A stretch of 64,000 bases of DNA from positions 210,276-274,275 of the forward strand of contig CAZAYU010000001.1 of the NCBI GenBank assembly GCA_964489445.1, given 5' to 3'. The translations under genes and the position numbers were made by a program. This document shows, piece after piece, positions 32,002 to 42,437 of this stretch (positions within the stretch are counted from its first letter, which is position 1; every line of letters starts with the position of its first letter). This DNA is from an uncultured Planctomycetia bacterium (GTDB taxonomy: Bacteria > Omnitrophota > Gorgyraeia > Duberdicusellales > 4484-171). The notes under the pieces are model-generated. The model saw nothing but the letters and a program-made list of their open reading frames with translations, made no database searches and had not been told where the DNA came from.

Positions 32002-34044
32002 TTAACCGTTTAAAAGAGCGATAAATTCTGCTTCATTAATTATCATTACTCCAAGATTTTTAGCCTGTGCATATTTTGTTCCAGGATTTTTCCCTTCGAC
32101 TAAAAAGTCAGTTTTACGACTAATCGTATTCACACACTTTCCGCCAAATTCTTTTATTAAATCTTGTGCCTGACGGCGCGTATAGACATTTAGCTCCCCG
32201 GTAAATACAAAAGACTTTCCTTGCACGCTATTTTTCTTTGTGCCAGTCTGCTTATAATAAATATCTACACCAGATTCCTGCATATTATTGATAATTTTTT
32301 TAGTACTCGATAGTGAAAAAAAATCAAGCACCGAGCAAGCAATGACTTGGCCTATTTCCGAAATATCTGTTAATTCATCTTCGGACAAATAAAAGAATTT
32401 ATTAATTTCTTTAAATTGCTCCGCTAAAATAAAAGCTACTTTTTCACCAACATGTCTTATGCCTAATCCATAGATAAAATTAGAAAGCGATCTTTTTTTG
32501 CTTTGTAGTATTGCAGAAATAATTTTACTTGCTTTTTTTTTCTTAAATAGCGGTAATTTAAGCAAATCGTCTTCGGTTAATTTATAAATATCCGCAACAC
32601 TCTTAACAATCTTCTCATCCACCAACGCCCCAACCGCTGACTCACCCAGACCTTCAATATCCATCGCTCCTCGAGAAGTAAAATGGATTAGCGCCCGTTT
32701 AATCTGAGACGGACAATCCGGATTAAGACAATACAGATAAACTCCCGCCGACCTAGAATTATCCATCAAATTACTGTCCTCTGCCCGATCATTAGATACT
32801 TTAGCGCCACATACCGGACAATATATCGGCACTTCTATTGTTTTTTCAACGCCAGTTCGTTTAGAATGAATAACTTTTACTATTTTGGGAATTACCTCAC
32901 CAGCCCTTTCAATTAACACCATATCCCCCTGCTTTAGCCCTAATCTTTTAATCTCGTCAAAATTATGGAGTGTTGCCCTAGAAATAGTAACACCTCCACA
33001 TTCTACTGGTTTTAATATCGCTACCGGAGTAATGATTCCAGTTCGCCCCACACCAAACTCAATCTTATTTATCCTAGTAGTTGCTCGATCAGCGGGAAAT
33101 TTATAGGCAACCGCCCAGCGCGGACTTTTGGAAGTAGACCCCATCTTTTCCTGTAATGAAAAGTCATTAACCTTAACCACTACTCCGTCTGCCTCATAAC
33201 TCAAACTATTACGGTGTTTTACCCAATAGGTACAATACTCCTTAACTTCATCTAAATTTTTACAAACTTTAGCATGCAAGCTAGCAGGCATTTGCCATTT
33301 GCTCAGCAATCCTAAAAATTCCTGATGAGTCCTAAAATTGTATCTGTCGGCCCAACCAAAAGAATGTATTAAACACTTAAGGCCTCTTTTTGCAACCAGC
33401 GAAGAATTTAATAGCTTTAACGAACCGGAAGCAGCATTACGCGGGTTGACAAAGGCGGCTTCTCCTCTTTCTTCTCTTTGTTTGTTAATCTTTCTAAAAT
33501 CATCTTTTTCAATATAAATTTCCCCCCTAACCACAAATTCAAACGGCAAGCCACTAGAATTAACTCTTAACGGAATTGTTTTTATTGTTTTGATGTTCAA
33601 AGTAACATCTTCACCTGTTTCACCATCTCCTCGAGTTAACCCTAGAATCAAAAACCCCTGCTTATACGTTAAGGAACAGCTCACTCCGTCAACCTTAAGT
33701 TCCGCTACATAGCTAATATCCTTTTGGAATTTAACAATTCGCTTAATCCTTTCTTCCCACTTTCCTAAATCCTCAAGGGAATATGTATTATCCAACGATA
33801 ACATTTTTGTTTTGTGTTCTACGGCAGAGAAAGATTTAAGCGGCTTTCCGGATACTCGTTGGGTCGGTGAATCTTTAGTTAAAAATTGCGGATATGTCTC
33901 TTCCAAGGCTTTAAGTTCATTCAATAGTTGATCATATTCCTTGTCAGCTATTTCCGGATCGCTTATTGTATAGTAGAGATAATCGGCACGTTGAATTTTT
34001 TGCCGCAAAAATTTAATTTTTTGTTCAATACTGCGCTTACCCAT
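32002..34044 (-). CDS. ligA: NAD-dependent DNA ligase
   Basis: ELKVDG adenylation motif, TRGDG..GED, PRWAVAYKF, Zn finger, HhH repeats, BRCT. Confidence 0.98.
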   Translation of the reverse strand: MGKRSIEQKIKFLRQKIQRADYLYYTISDPEIADKEYDQLLNELKALEETYPQFLTKDSPTQRVSGKPLKSFSAVEHKTKMLSLDNTYSLEDLGKWEERIKRIVKFQKDISYVAELKVDGVSCSLTYKQGFLILGLTRGDGETGEDVTLNIKTIKTIPLRVNSSGLPFEFVVRGEIYIEKDDFRKINKQREERGEAAFVNPRNAASGSLKLLNSSLVAKRGLKCLIHSFGWADRYNFRTHQEFLGLLSKWQMPASLHAKVCKNLDEVKEYCTYWVKHRNSLSYEADGVVVKVNDFSLQEKMGSTSKSPRWAVAYKFPADRATTRINKIEFGVGRTGIITPVAILKPVECGGVTISRATLHNFDEIKRLGLKQGDMVLIERAGEVIPKIVKVIHSKRTGVEKTIEVPIYCPVCGAKVSNDRAEDSNLMDNSRSAGVYLYCLNPDCPSQIKRALIHFTSRGAMDIEGLGESAVGALVDEKIVKSVADIYKLTEDDLLKLPLFKKKKASKIISAILQSKKRSLSNFIYGLGIRHVGEKVAFILAEQFKEINKFFYLSEDELTDISEIGQVIACSVLDFFSLSSTKKIINNMQESGVDIYYKQTGTKKNSVQGKSFVFTGELNVYTRRQAQDLIKEFGGKCVNTISRKTDFLVEGKNPGTKYAQAKNLGVMIINEAEFIALLNG

Positions 34045-34068
34045 TTATTCTAATTTTTTGATAACATT

Positions 34069-34344
34069 TTACCAACCAACGATTTTAAATCCAATGCATT
34101 TTCCAGTTTCATCATCTTCGACTAGCAAACAATCATTTATATTTTCTTTAAACTCCTGATTAATTTTTTCCAAAAAATTGCTTAAATTCTGAGAATCACC
34201 ACCAGCAATAAGTTCTACTCGACCATCAACTAAATTTTTAACCCAGCCATTTATGTTAAGTCCTAGCGCCAAAGCTCTGACGCTATAACGAAATCCTACG
34301 CCTTGGACAGCTCCAGAAAAGAAAGCGTGGATTGTTTTACCCAA
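34069..34344 (-). CDS. acyP: Acylphosphatase
   Basis: SGAVQGVGFRY, GWVKNLVDGRVE. Start set at TTG 34344 behind an AAGGAG SD rather than 34392. Confidence 0.9.
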   Translation of the reverse strand: MGKTIHAFFSGAVQGVGFRYSVRALALGLNINGWVKNLVDGRVELIAGGDSQNLSNFLEKINQEFKENINDCLLVEDDETGKCIGFKIVGW

Positions 34345-35266
34345 GATAATCTCCTTCCTTAACTCGATATCCACATGAAAAGGAATAAGCATCCATTTTC
34401 TTTTTTCCTTCAGGCCTTACTTCCTTTATTACTAATACCCCTCTGGGGGTCGCTACCTTAATCCCTTCCTTATTAATCGTAACAATTTCTCCGCACTTTC
34501 TCTCGTTGGTACTTTCTTGAAAGTCAGCCGCTAATAATTGTACTTTTATTCCATTATAATGGGTGTACGCTAAAGGCCAATTTAAAAAAGCACGGATTAG
34601 ATTTCGTAATTCCAGTGCCGGTCTATCCCAGTTTATTTTTGCATCTTGTTTGCAAAACTTACGCGTTTCAACTGCTAAACCTTCATCTTGAGGAAATAAA
34701 CAATAACTATTCTTTTTTATTTTATTCATTGCCTCTACTAAAGTAGGAATACTCGCTGTAATTAACTTTTCTCTCAACGAAAAAAAATCATCTCGAGAAT
34801 TAATCCCTATTTTTTTTTGCACAATCACACTTCCAGCATCAATTCTTTCGTTAATCTTAAAAATAGTAACTCCTGTTTCCTTATCTCCGCGCAGAATCGC
34901 ATTTTCAATCGGAGTAGGGCCGCGATAAACAGGAAGCAACGAAGGATGGATACACAAAGGAAAGATATCAAGCAGTTCTAATAACGAAGATGGAATAATT
35001 TTCCCATAATCAGCGACTATTAAAAAATCAGCTCCTTCTTTCAATATTATCTGGTAAACATCTTTGCTTGTTAAGGACGGAGGTTTTATCAGCCGAATAT
35101 TATTTTCCTTGGCAAACACACTTACTCCAGTAGGGTGTAAGCATAATCCTCTTCCTCTTGGTTTATCCGGTTTGCTAACCACCAACAGAGGTCTAAATCT
35201 ACGGGTAAAAAGAGATTTTAAAACCCTTTCCGAAAAATAAGAGCTTCCAAAATAAATAAATCTCAT
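34337..35266 (-). CDS. fmt: Methionyl-tRNA formyltransferase
   Basis: YFGSSYF, PDKPRGRG, HPSLLPVYRGPTPI, ETGVT, IDAG. Confidence 0.95.
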   Translation of the reverse strand: MRFIYFGSSYFSERVLKSLFTRRFRPLLVVSKPDKPRGRGLCLHPTGVSVFAKENNIRLIKPPSLTSKDVYQIILKEGADFLIVADYGKIIPSSLLELLDIFPLCIHPSLLPVYRGPTPIENAILRGDKETGVTIFKINERIDAGSVIVQKKIGINSRDDFFSLREKLITASIPTLVEAMNKIKKNSYCLFPQDEGLAVETRKFCKQDAKINWDRPALELRNLIRAFLNWPLAYTHYNGIKVQLLAADFQESTNERKCGEIVTINKEGIKVATPRGVLVIKEVRPEGKKKMDAYSFSCGYRVKEGDYLG

Positions 35267-37101
35267 TCAAATATAATTGCTAATTGCATTTTCGAACCAC
35301 GTATACTTTTTATTTCCGCTTTTATGTTTTCTCTAAAGTTTTCTTTTTCCTTGCTTTTGATAACTAATGAATAGCGATATTTTCCTCTTAGTTTAAAAGG
35401 CTTTTCTTTAAATGGACCATAAACATGATCATTTTTCTTTTCTAACCGATCATGTAAATTGTTTATTGTTTTTAAAAGAATACTCTCATCTTCGGACCTT
35501 AGAATAATTTTACCAATTCCAAAAGATGGCGGAAGACGCAATGCTTCCCTAAAACTTAATTCTGACTGATAAAACTTTTCCCAAGAACCGCTCAGAGATT
35601 GAAAAAGATAATAGTCACCATTACCAGTCAACACGTACAAACAATCCTTGAAAAAACATTCTAACTTCTTCAGATATAAAAAAGCATCAAAAGTAACCTG
35701 GTATCCTGGATAGGACAAAGCTCCGTCAATATCTAAGACAATTCCTGTGTCAAACGTCTCCTGTTTATACAAGCTGCTCAAGATTTTAGACGTCGAAAGA
35801 ACTATTTGCGAGTTCAAAGAGCGTTCTTCCCAGCTATCAATTCTTGCTTCTGGGAAATTTTTTCGTAAAATGCTTTCTATTTTTTCAATTCCCCATCCCG
35901 AGACTTTCACATACCCACTATTACACTTATTGCAAATTTGAGAAATTATCACTTTTTGCTGACAATGTGGACAAATACCTTCACGACTCTTTAATGACAA
36001 CTGCAAAAATGATGAACAACGACTACATTTAAAAACATAACCGCAATGAGAACAAAATGCTGTTTTACCAAAACCTTTTCTATTCCAAATAACTACGACT
36101 CTTCTGTCGCGTTTAATTACTTTTCCCAGAATATTAAGCAAAACCGGGCTGATTACTCTACCCTTACTATATCCAGTTAATTTTACCACTTTTATTCTAC
36201 TTTCCGGACCTTTTTTCTCTCTTAAGATCAAGCTGTTTTTTTTAATCATCTGATAAGCCAGCAAAGAAGGATAATTATCACACAGCAAACATTTTATGCC
36301 CTTTCTCTGAGAAATCATAAGAGCAATATCACGAAGATGATAAAACGGCTTTTCTTCCTGAAAATAGCAATGATCGTTTTCTTCCTCAATTACAATTAAA
36401 TTGAGATCATCCGGATAATAAAACAAAGAAAGCCTCGTTCCTAGGATAAGCGTCTTTTGCCTTGATACCTTCCAACCCTCCATGATCTGTTTTTCAGTTT
36501 TTTTACTATGCATCACCACAATTTTCTCGTCAAAGTCATTCTCAATAATCTTTAACGCCGCCTCAAGGTAAGAAAGTTGAGGAAAGCAAATTAACACTGA
36601 CCCAGATAAAAGTTTTTCTTTGACTATTGCTTTCCAAATAGAATACCTCTCTAAAAACCCCACTCCTTTTATAAACTCTCCGGAAAAATGACTTTCCTTA
36701 TCCCTCCTACAAGCTTCACCAAGCCGAAGATCAAGCTTATTCGGTCTTCTTAAATAGGCCGGAAGCATCATTGATAAAAAATCTCCCTTAGGATAAGAAT
36801 AAAAATTACTCAATAATTCAGACAAGCTTACCTGCTCGTAAGTCAAACTAAAAGATACATCTAAAACATCGATTATCGGTTTAAGTTGCTTAACCCTGCC
36901 AAAAATGTTAACAGATGGCACTATATTCCCTTTAGATTTATCATAATTTTTCAGCCCCAACACTATTCCTACTTGTTTTTTTCCATTAAAATCAACTAAA
37001 ACCCTCACCCCTTGCCTAAGAGGTTGGCTCCCAGAATAATAATAATCAAAATCCTTATCCAAGGATATAGGAATTGTTACTTTTACTAATTTAATGTCCA
37101 C
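35263..37101 (-). CDS. priA: PriA-like primosomal protein with degenerate helicase motifs
   Basis: N-terminal 3'-DNA-binding domain (FDY..GVRVLVDF), GTR, four CxxC pairs, G.GIEKIE, LPP; adjacent to fmt. No intact Walker A. Confidence 0.8.
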   Translation of the reverse strand: MDIKLVKVTIPISLDKDFDYYYSGSQPLRQGVRVLVDFNGKKQVGIVLGLKNYDKSKGNIVPSVNIFGRVKQLKPIIDVLDVSFSLTYEQVSLSELLSNFYSYPKGDFLSMMLPAYLRRPNKLDLRLGEACRRDKESHFSGEFIKGVGFLERYSIWKAIVKEKLLSGSVLICFPQLSYLEAALKIIENDFDEKIVVMHSKKTEKQIMEGWKVSRQKTLILGTRLSLFYYPDDLNLIVIEEENDHCYFQEEKPFYHLRDIALMISQRKGIKCLLCDNYPSLLAYQMIKKNSLILREKKGPESRIKVVKLTGYSKGRVISPVLLNILGKVIKRDRRVVVIWNRKGFGKTAFCSHCGYVFKCSRCSSFLQLSLKSREGICPHCQQKVIISQICNKCNSGYVKVSGWGIEKIESILRKNFPEARIDSWEERSLNSQIVLSTSKILSSLYKQETFDTGIVLDIDGALSYPGYQVTFDAFLYLKKLECFFKDCLYVLTGNGDYYLFQSLSGSWEKFYQSELSFREALRLPPSFGIGKIILRSEDESILLKTINNLHDRLEKKNDHVYGPFKEKPFKLRGKYRYSLVIKSKEKENFRENIKAEIKSIRGSKMQLAIIFE

Positions 37102-38151
37102 TTAGAACCTTTCTATTAATTTACGCATTTCGGTTTCAATGCTTTTAACTTTTAAAGGGTACTCTCTTTGCATCGCCAAAGTTTTATCTTTAAAGTAATA
37201 AACCGCTTCAATAAACTTATCTTTTGTTTTTGCAAAACGTGCCACATTATACTTTAATAATAAATCCATATTTACCTTTTCCTGTCCTGGAATATACCCG
37301 GTAAAAATAAACGGTTTTCTTTTGTAAATTCCCTCAAAAACAGTTAATCCTCCCGGTTTGGAAACGATAACAAAACTACAATCAATAATCTCCCAGATAT
37401 CCTCGTAAAATTCGCAAAATCGCAATTGAGAAGACGTCACTGTTTCTAAATATTTTTTGATCCTTCTATTCCCTCCATAAATAACAAAAACATTAAAATC
37501 ATCTAGTAAATACTTTACTACTAATTTTAAAAATAAAAAATTTCCGGACAGAGAAAAAATAAATAGTATTACCGGCTTTTTATTGACAAAAAACTTATTT
37601 TCCAGCCTTTGACCTTCAGCCTCTTTAAAGAACCCTCTTCGCAAAGAAACTACGCCGGAAATTATTCTACGACCTTCAACGCCCCGATTAATTAGATACT
37701 CCTTGGCCATATCTAAAGCCGTAAAATAAAAATCAACACCTTCATCCACCCATAAAGGATGCACTCCTAAATCAGTAATTATCGAGACCAGCTTGAAATC
37801 CCATTCATTTTTTAAGCTTGCCGCCAAGCTTGCCGGAAAAAAATGAGTAGCGATTACTACTTGCGGTTTTACTTGCCTTAAATAACATAAAAAAGAAGCA
37901 AATATTTTTTCTTGAATTTTACTAATGAAATATCCTGCTTGTTCTTTTCCTGCTAAATGAAAAATTACCCGCCAAACAAACGGAAAATACTGTGTTGATA
38001 ACTTATAACTTAAATCGTAGATACGCTTTAGAAATTTATTGGAGAAATCCAATAAATCATAAGAAGAAGCGCTAAGGTGTTCACCTATTGCTTGCGCTGC
38101 TTTTTGGTGCCCTTTGCCGAAACTGGCATAGACTATCAAAATTTTAAGCAT
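37102..38151 (-). CDS. GT28 / MGDG-synthase (UgtP)-like glycosyltransferase
   Basis: SFGKGHQKAAQA, ITDLGVHPLW, SKPGGLT, IPGQE..N. Confidence 0.8.
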   Translation of the reverse strand: MLKILIVYASFGKGHQKAAQAIGEHLSASSYDLLDFSNKFLKRIYDLSYKLSTQYFPFVWRVIFHLAGKEQAGYFISKIQEKIFASFLCYLRQVKPQVVIATHFFPASLAASLKNEWDFKLVSIITDLGVHPLWVDEGVDFYFTALDMAKEYLINRGVEGRRIISGVVSLRRGFFKEAEGQRLENKFFVNKKPVILFIFSLSGNFLFLKLVVKYLLDDFNVFVIYGGNRRIKKYLETVTSSQLRFCEFYEDIWEIIDCSFVIVSKPGGLTVFEGIYKRKPFIFTGYIPGQEKVNMDLLLKYNVARFAKTKDKFIEAVYYFKDKTLAMQREYPLKVKSIETEMRKLIERF

Positions 38152-38692
38152 AATTCAAACAAAGATAATCCGCGGCCTCTAGGAGGTTCTCAAAAACTAA
38201 ATCCGGTTCAAATTCCCAATTTTCCCGGTTAGACTCTTTTTCCTTGCCGGAAAGAACTAATATAGATTTTGATCCAAAATTTCGGGCAGCGTTCATATCT
38301 AGAAACGAATCCCCAATAAAAAAAGTTTTACAGGAGTTAGCATCTAGCCCAGACAATGCTCTCTCCAAAAGCATTGTCCTTGGTTTTCGGCAGTTACAAT
38401 TATCATGCGGATGGTGTATGCAGTAGTATATTCCAGAAACTGACGCTTTCTGAGCAGCTAATTGATTTATCATCTTTTTATTTATTAGTTCTAAATCATT
38501 TTGACTATACAGTCCTTTACTCACTCCCGCCTGATTAGAAATAACATAAACCTTAAAGCCGCAACGATTAAGTTTGGCTATTCCTTCTGCGCTTCCAGGA
38601 ATAAATTTAAATTCCCTGTGGTTATTAACATATTCAGCATCACCAGGATATTCGTTAATAACCCCGTCTCGATCAAGAAATGCAATTTTCAT
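38144..38692 (-). CDS. gmhB: D-glycero-D-manno-heptose 1,7-bisphosphate phosphatase (HAD IIIA)
   Basis: FLDRDGVIN, SNQAGV, CIHH..CNCRKP, FIGDS..D. Confidence 0.85.
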   Translation of the reverse strand: MKIAFLDRDGVINEYPGDAEYVNNHREFKFIPGSAEGIAKLNRCGFKVYVISNQAGVSKGLYSQNDLELINKKMINQLAAQKASVSGIYYCIHHPHDNCNCRKPRTMLLERALSGLDANSCKTFFIGDSFLDMNAARNFGSKSILVLSGKEKESNRENWEFEPDLVFENLLEAADYLCLNYA

Positions 38693-38711
38693 TATTTTTA
38701 GCTAGGTAGTT

Positions 38712-39500
38712 TTAAGGAAGATTTATTTTTTTCTTCATCTCCCAATACTTTGCGTAGGAAATTAATTGATAAAGCGAAGAAAAAAAGGAAAACATAAATC
38801 CAATAAATCCATCACGCCAGCCTTGTTTTCTTATATAGGAACGCAAAAACCTATCTTCATACCGCCAAAAAGCATGGAATAAATTCATTTTATAATTTGC
38901 CTTTTTAGGATCATTTTTATAAACAGTCATCCATTTTTTCGCTTCTAGAGTCGTTTGACGATTTAGCTTAGTCAAAAAATCGGTAAAATCGCGATAAGTA
39001 TAGTGAATCATAGGATTTTGAAGATGCAGACAAAGCCCTTCCAAGAATGCTCTTGGATGAACTTCCACTTCTTCCCAACGAAATTTATCTCGTCGGAATA
39101 ATTTTAATTGAGCACTAGGATATTGCCCACCCCATTTTAACCAATAATTTCCTAGAAAATTTTTTCGGGGAATTGTAAATGCTGAAGCTTTCGGGTCACC
39201 TTTGAGAACGCTCGTAATTTCTTCCTGCAACTTGGGAGTAATTCGCTCATCGGCATCCAGGCTTAAAACCCAATCAAAACGAGCTTGCGAATAAGCCCAA
39301 TTACGATAAGACCCTTCGATGACCATTTTTTTTGAAAATACTTTATCTGTATACTCTCTGGCAATATCTTGAGTTTGATCATCACTTTGATCATCAGCTA
39401 ACACAATTTCTCCAGCCCAGCCATAAACACTTTCTAAACATTCTCGGATTCGAGAAGCTTCATTCTTAGCAATAATTACCACACTTATCTGTCTACTCAT
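38712..39500 (-). CDS. GT2 glycosyltransferase (LPS core beta-1,4-glucosyltransferase-like)
   Basis: ISVVIIAKNEA, DDQSDD, WVLSLDADE, GWRDGFIG. Confidence 0.85.
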   Translation of the reverse strand: MSRQISVVIIAKNEASRIRECLESVYGWAGEIVLADDQSDDQTQDIAREYTDKVFSKKMVIEGSYRNWAYSQARFDWVLSLDADERITPKLQEEITSVLKGDPKASAFTIPRKNFLGNYWLKWGGQYPSAQLKLFRRDKFRWEEVEVHPRAFLEGLCLHLQNPMIHYTYRDFTDFLTKLNRQTTLEAKKWMTVYKNDPKKANYKMNLFHAFWRYEDRFLRSYIRKQGWRDGFIGFMFSFFSSLYQLISYAKYWEMKKKINLP

Positions 39501-39508
39501 AGTATGCT

Positions 39509-39537
39509 ATACTAACATTATTTTTTTTATTTTTCAA
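39509..39537 (-). promoter_or_regulatory. Putative sigma70 promoter immediately upstream of the GT2 start codon
   Basis: TTGAAA (39537-39532), N17 containing TG, TAGTAT (39514-39509). Confidence 0.4.
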
Positions 39538-39590
39538 GCCTGATCTTCGCTAGGCCAGTAATACAAGCGAGCGCCCTTCTCGATAAGAAG

Positions 39591-40298
39591 CTAAATACTG
39601 TTTTTCATTAGACATTTCTGATAAATTTCTTTCCTGTCAAGCTCTCGATGCTCCCCCGGTTTCAAGCTTCCCAACAATAAATTACCAATCCTTGCCCGGT
39701 GCAACCCCTGAACTGCAAACCCCATCTGCCGAAATAATCTTCTCAGATGGCGCTTTTTCCCTTCATGCGTTACTACCCGGCAATACGTTTTATCCTTGGC
39801 TAATTCGTCAATTATTACTTTATCTACTTTTAGTAAATCTTCCCGACATTTTATACCTTTCTGAGCTCTCCGACATTCATAAACAGTTAGTACTCCTTTA
39901 ATAGTCAATAAATACTCTTTTTCCACGCAAAAACGCGGATGAGTCAGTTGATAACATAATTGTCCATCATTAGTAAGCAGCAATAACCCGCTGGAATTTT
40001 TATCAAGTCGACCAACAGGATACACTTCTAAATCCGGGAAAAAATCTTTTACAGTTTTTAAAGCAAATTTATCACTTAAAGTAACAGTAACCCCTTCTGG
40101 CTTATTAAACAAAATATACTTAAATTGTTGTATTCCTAAAATTTTACCTTCCACCTCTACACGGTCGCTAAGCGATACATCAAAAAAAGGCTGATAGATT
40201 ACTTCCGAATTAATCTTTACTCTACCTTCCTTAATAAGACAATCCGCTTTTCTCCGCGAAACATATCCACTTTTAGAGATAAAATGATTTAGACGCAT
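39591..40298 (-). CDS. rRNA pseudouridine synthase (RsuA/RluB family)
   Basis: N-terminal S4 domain (SRRKAD), NKPEG, GRLDKNSSGLLLLTNDG, EGKKRHLRR. Confidence 0.92.
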   Translation of the reverse strand: MRLNHFISKSGYVSRRKADCLIKEGRVKINSEVIYQPFFDVSLSDRVEVEGKILGIQQFKYILFNKPEGVTVTLSDKFALKTVKDFFPDLEVYPVGRLDKNSSGLLLLTNDGQLCYQLTHPRFCVEKEYLLTIKGVLTVYECRRAQKGIKCREDLLKVDKVIIDELAKDKTYCRVVTHEGKKRHLRRLFRQMGFAVQGLHRARIGNLLLGSLKPGEHRELDRKEIYQKCLMKNSI

Positions 40299-40352
40299 AG
40301 TTTAACTGTTATTTTAAAGCCAAAAATTTCTAGATATATTATTACTTTTTAA

Positions 40353-41600
40353 CTACACAGGATAAGCAAAAAGTTTATTATCTGCTATTTTTTTTATTTT
40401 AACTGGAACGATTTTTCCTAAAGATATCCTCGGCTCTACATAAACTCTCAAGTAATTCTCTGTGTAACCAGACACAAAGCCACTAGTTTCTTCTTCGCCG
40501 ATTACCTCTAGCACATTACCAACAAAACCGCTCATATACTCTACGGCAAAATGATCGGTTAACTGCTTAATGATTTTATAACGTTGACGAATTTTTTTCC
40601 GATCTGTTATCTTTGCATTGCAAAGCAAAGTCTTCTCTCGAGGAGAAAAAGAAAAAATGTGCGTTCGCATCGGCTTAACCCGCCTTAAAAAATCTAACGT
40701 ATTTTGAAAACTCTTATCATTCTCCCCCGGAAACCCAACCATAATATCACAGCTTAAAGCAATATTCGGCTTTATTTTTCTTGCTTGATCAACAATATCT
40801 TCGTAAAGTTCTACGCTCTCCTGTTTATTCATCGCCTTTAATATCGAGTTATCTCCATATTGGAAAGAAAGATGAAGATGAGGGCAAAGTTTTTTCTGAG
40901 AAAAATGAGACAATAATTGATAATCAAAAGAATAAGATTCTAAAGAGCTTATTCTCACCCTACCTAATAATGATAAGTTTAAAATTTCGATTAATAAACT
41001 GTTTAATGTTTGCTGCGACGTCAAATCCCGTCCATAAAGGCCTAAATTTATCCCACAAAGCACAACCTCATTGTGTAACTTTGAAATAACTTTAATCTCA
41101 GCGAGAACATCTTCTAATTTTCTACTACAAGAAGGACCCCGCAAGTAAGGTATTTTACAAAAAGCACAATAGTTACTACAACCATCCTGAACTTTAATAA
41201 ACGCCCGCTGGTTAGAAAAGCAACTCACCCTTAAAGACCAAACACTCTCACTCGTTGGCTGCTTTTGTTCAGAAACAAGCCCCAAAACTATTTCCGGCAA
41301 TAAATGCTTTTTGCTCTGAGGAATAACATAATCTGTGTTATGCTTACTACTTAGACTCCCAGGCAATTGGGCAAAGCACCCGCACGCAACAATTTTGGCT
41401 TTTGGATTTTCTTTTTTCGCCCGAGCCAGTGCCTCTTTAGATTTTCGATCAGCATTGGCAGTTACGCTGCAACCGTTAATCACACATAAATCAGGTTTTT
41501 CTTCGCATATCAGGCAACCCAATTTTTCAAATTTCTCTTTTAACGCCTGTGTTTCATATTGATTAACCTTGCAGCCGAAAGTTATAAATTTAATTCTCAT
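40353..41600 (-). CDS. mtaB: tRNA t6A37 methylthiotransferase MtaB
   Basis: TFGCKVNQYE, INGCSVT..ADRKS, QDGCSNYCAFC radical SAM motif, TENY; adjacent to rsmE. Confidence 0.9.
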   Translation of the reverse strand: MRIKFITFGCKVNQYETQALKEKFEKLGCLICEEKPDLCVINGCSVTANADRKSKEALARAKKENPKAKIVACGCFAQLPGSLSSKHNTDYVIPQSKKHLLPEIVLGLVSEQKQPTSESVWSLRVSCFSNQRAFIKVQDGCSNYCAFCKIPYLRGPSCSRKLEDVLAEIKVISKLHNEVVLCGINLGLYGRDLTSQQTLNSLLIEILNLSLLGRVRISSLESYSFDYQLLSHFSQKKLCPHLHLSFQYGDNSILKAMNKQESVELYEDIVDQARKIKPNIALSCDIMVGFPGENDKSFQNTLDFLRRVKPMRTHIFSFSPREKTLLCNAKITDRKKIRQRYKIIKQLTDHFAVEYMSGFVGNVLEVIGEEETSGFVSGYTENYLRVYVEPRISLGKIVPVKIKKIADNKLFAYPV

Positions 41601-42315
41601 TTTTACTTTTAAAAAAATAATTAATTAACCCTACCGAAAATATACAAGCTGTTTCTACACGTAATATGTTTTTTGAAAGATTGATAGATATAAAGTTGTT
41701 TACTATTAGCTCTTCTTTTTCCTCGTCAGAAAACCCGCCCTCTGGGCCCACAACAATAACTACTTTTTGCACATTTTTATCAATTATTTTTGAAATTTTA
41801 CCTCCACTAAAGCAAGCAACTAGTTTATTCCCGTACTGAATTGATAGTAATTCGTTAAATTCCATGGCTTCCTCCATCCGAGGAATCCATAACCGTTCGG
41901 ATTGGCGCGCCGCTTCGATGATTACTTTTCGCCAACGCTTTACTTTATTTAGAGAAAGCGGGAAGCGCATGCTCCTGGAACAAGAAAACGGAATAAATTT
42001 TTCCACCCCCAGTTCGGTTCCTTTCTGGAGAATTAAATCAATTTTACTTTCTCTTGACAACGGAAACGCTAATGCTATTTCTAATGCAACAGGTTTTGAT
42101 TTTCTAGATAAGCCTTCTTTTCGGAAAGTAACTGTTTTCCTTGTAATATCAGATATCCTATACTGATATTCCTCCCCTCTTCCATTAAATAAATAGACTG
42201 TTTCTTCCTTAGTCAGAGATAAAACTTTTCTTATTTTATGAACAGTTTCTCTATCGTCAACCACCACCAAAGGAGCAATTCTCTCCGGCAAAACATAAAT
42301 CCTAATTTTAGACAT
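41590..42315 (-). CDS. rsmE: 16S rRNA m3U1498 methyltransferase
   Basis: QKGTELGV, EAARQS, VGPEGGFS, ILRVETA. Confidence 0.95.
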   Translation of the reverse strand: MSKIRIYVLPERIAPLVVVDDRETVHKIRKVLSLTKEETVYLFNGRGEEYQYRISDITRKTVTFRKEGLSRKSKPVALEIALAFPLSRESKIDLILQKGTELGVEKFIPFSCSRSMRFPLSLNKVKRWRKVIIEAARQSERLWIPRMEEAMEFNELLSIQYGNKLVACFSGGKISKIIDKNVQKVVIVVGPEGGFSDEEKEELIVNNFISINLSKNILRVETACIFSVGLINYFFKSKNEN

Positions 42316-42364
42316 CGTAATATTTAATTTTTATCACTACCAGATAACAGCTATAGGCCAAATA

Positions 42365-42437
42365 TGGACCGAAGCGGACTTGAACCGCCGACCTCCTCGT
42401 TGCGAACGAGGCGTTCTCCCAGCTGAACTACCGGCCC
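42365..42437 (-). tRNA. tRNA-Ala (CGC)
   Basis: GGGCCGG...TCGGTCC-A with G3:U70, anticodon loop TT-CGC-AA, T-loop GTTCAAG. Confidence 0.95.
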
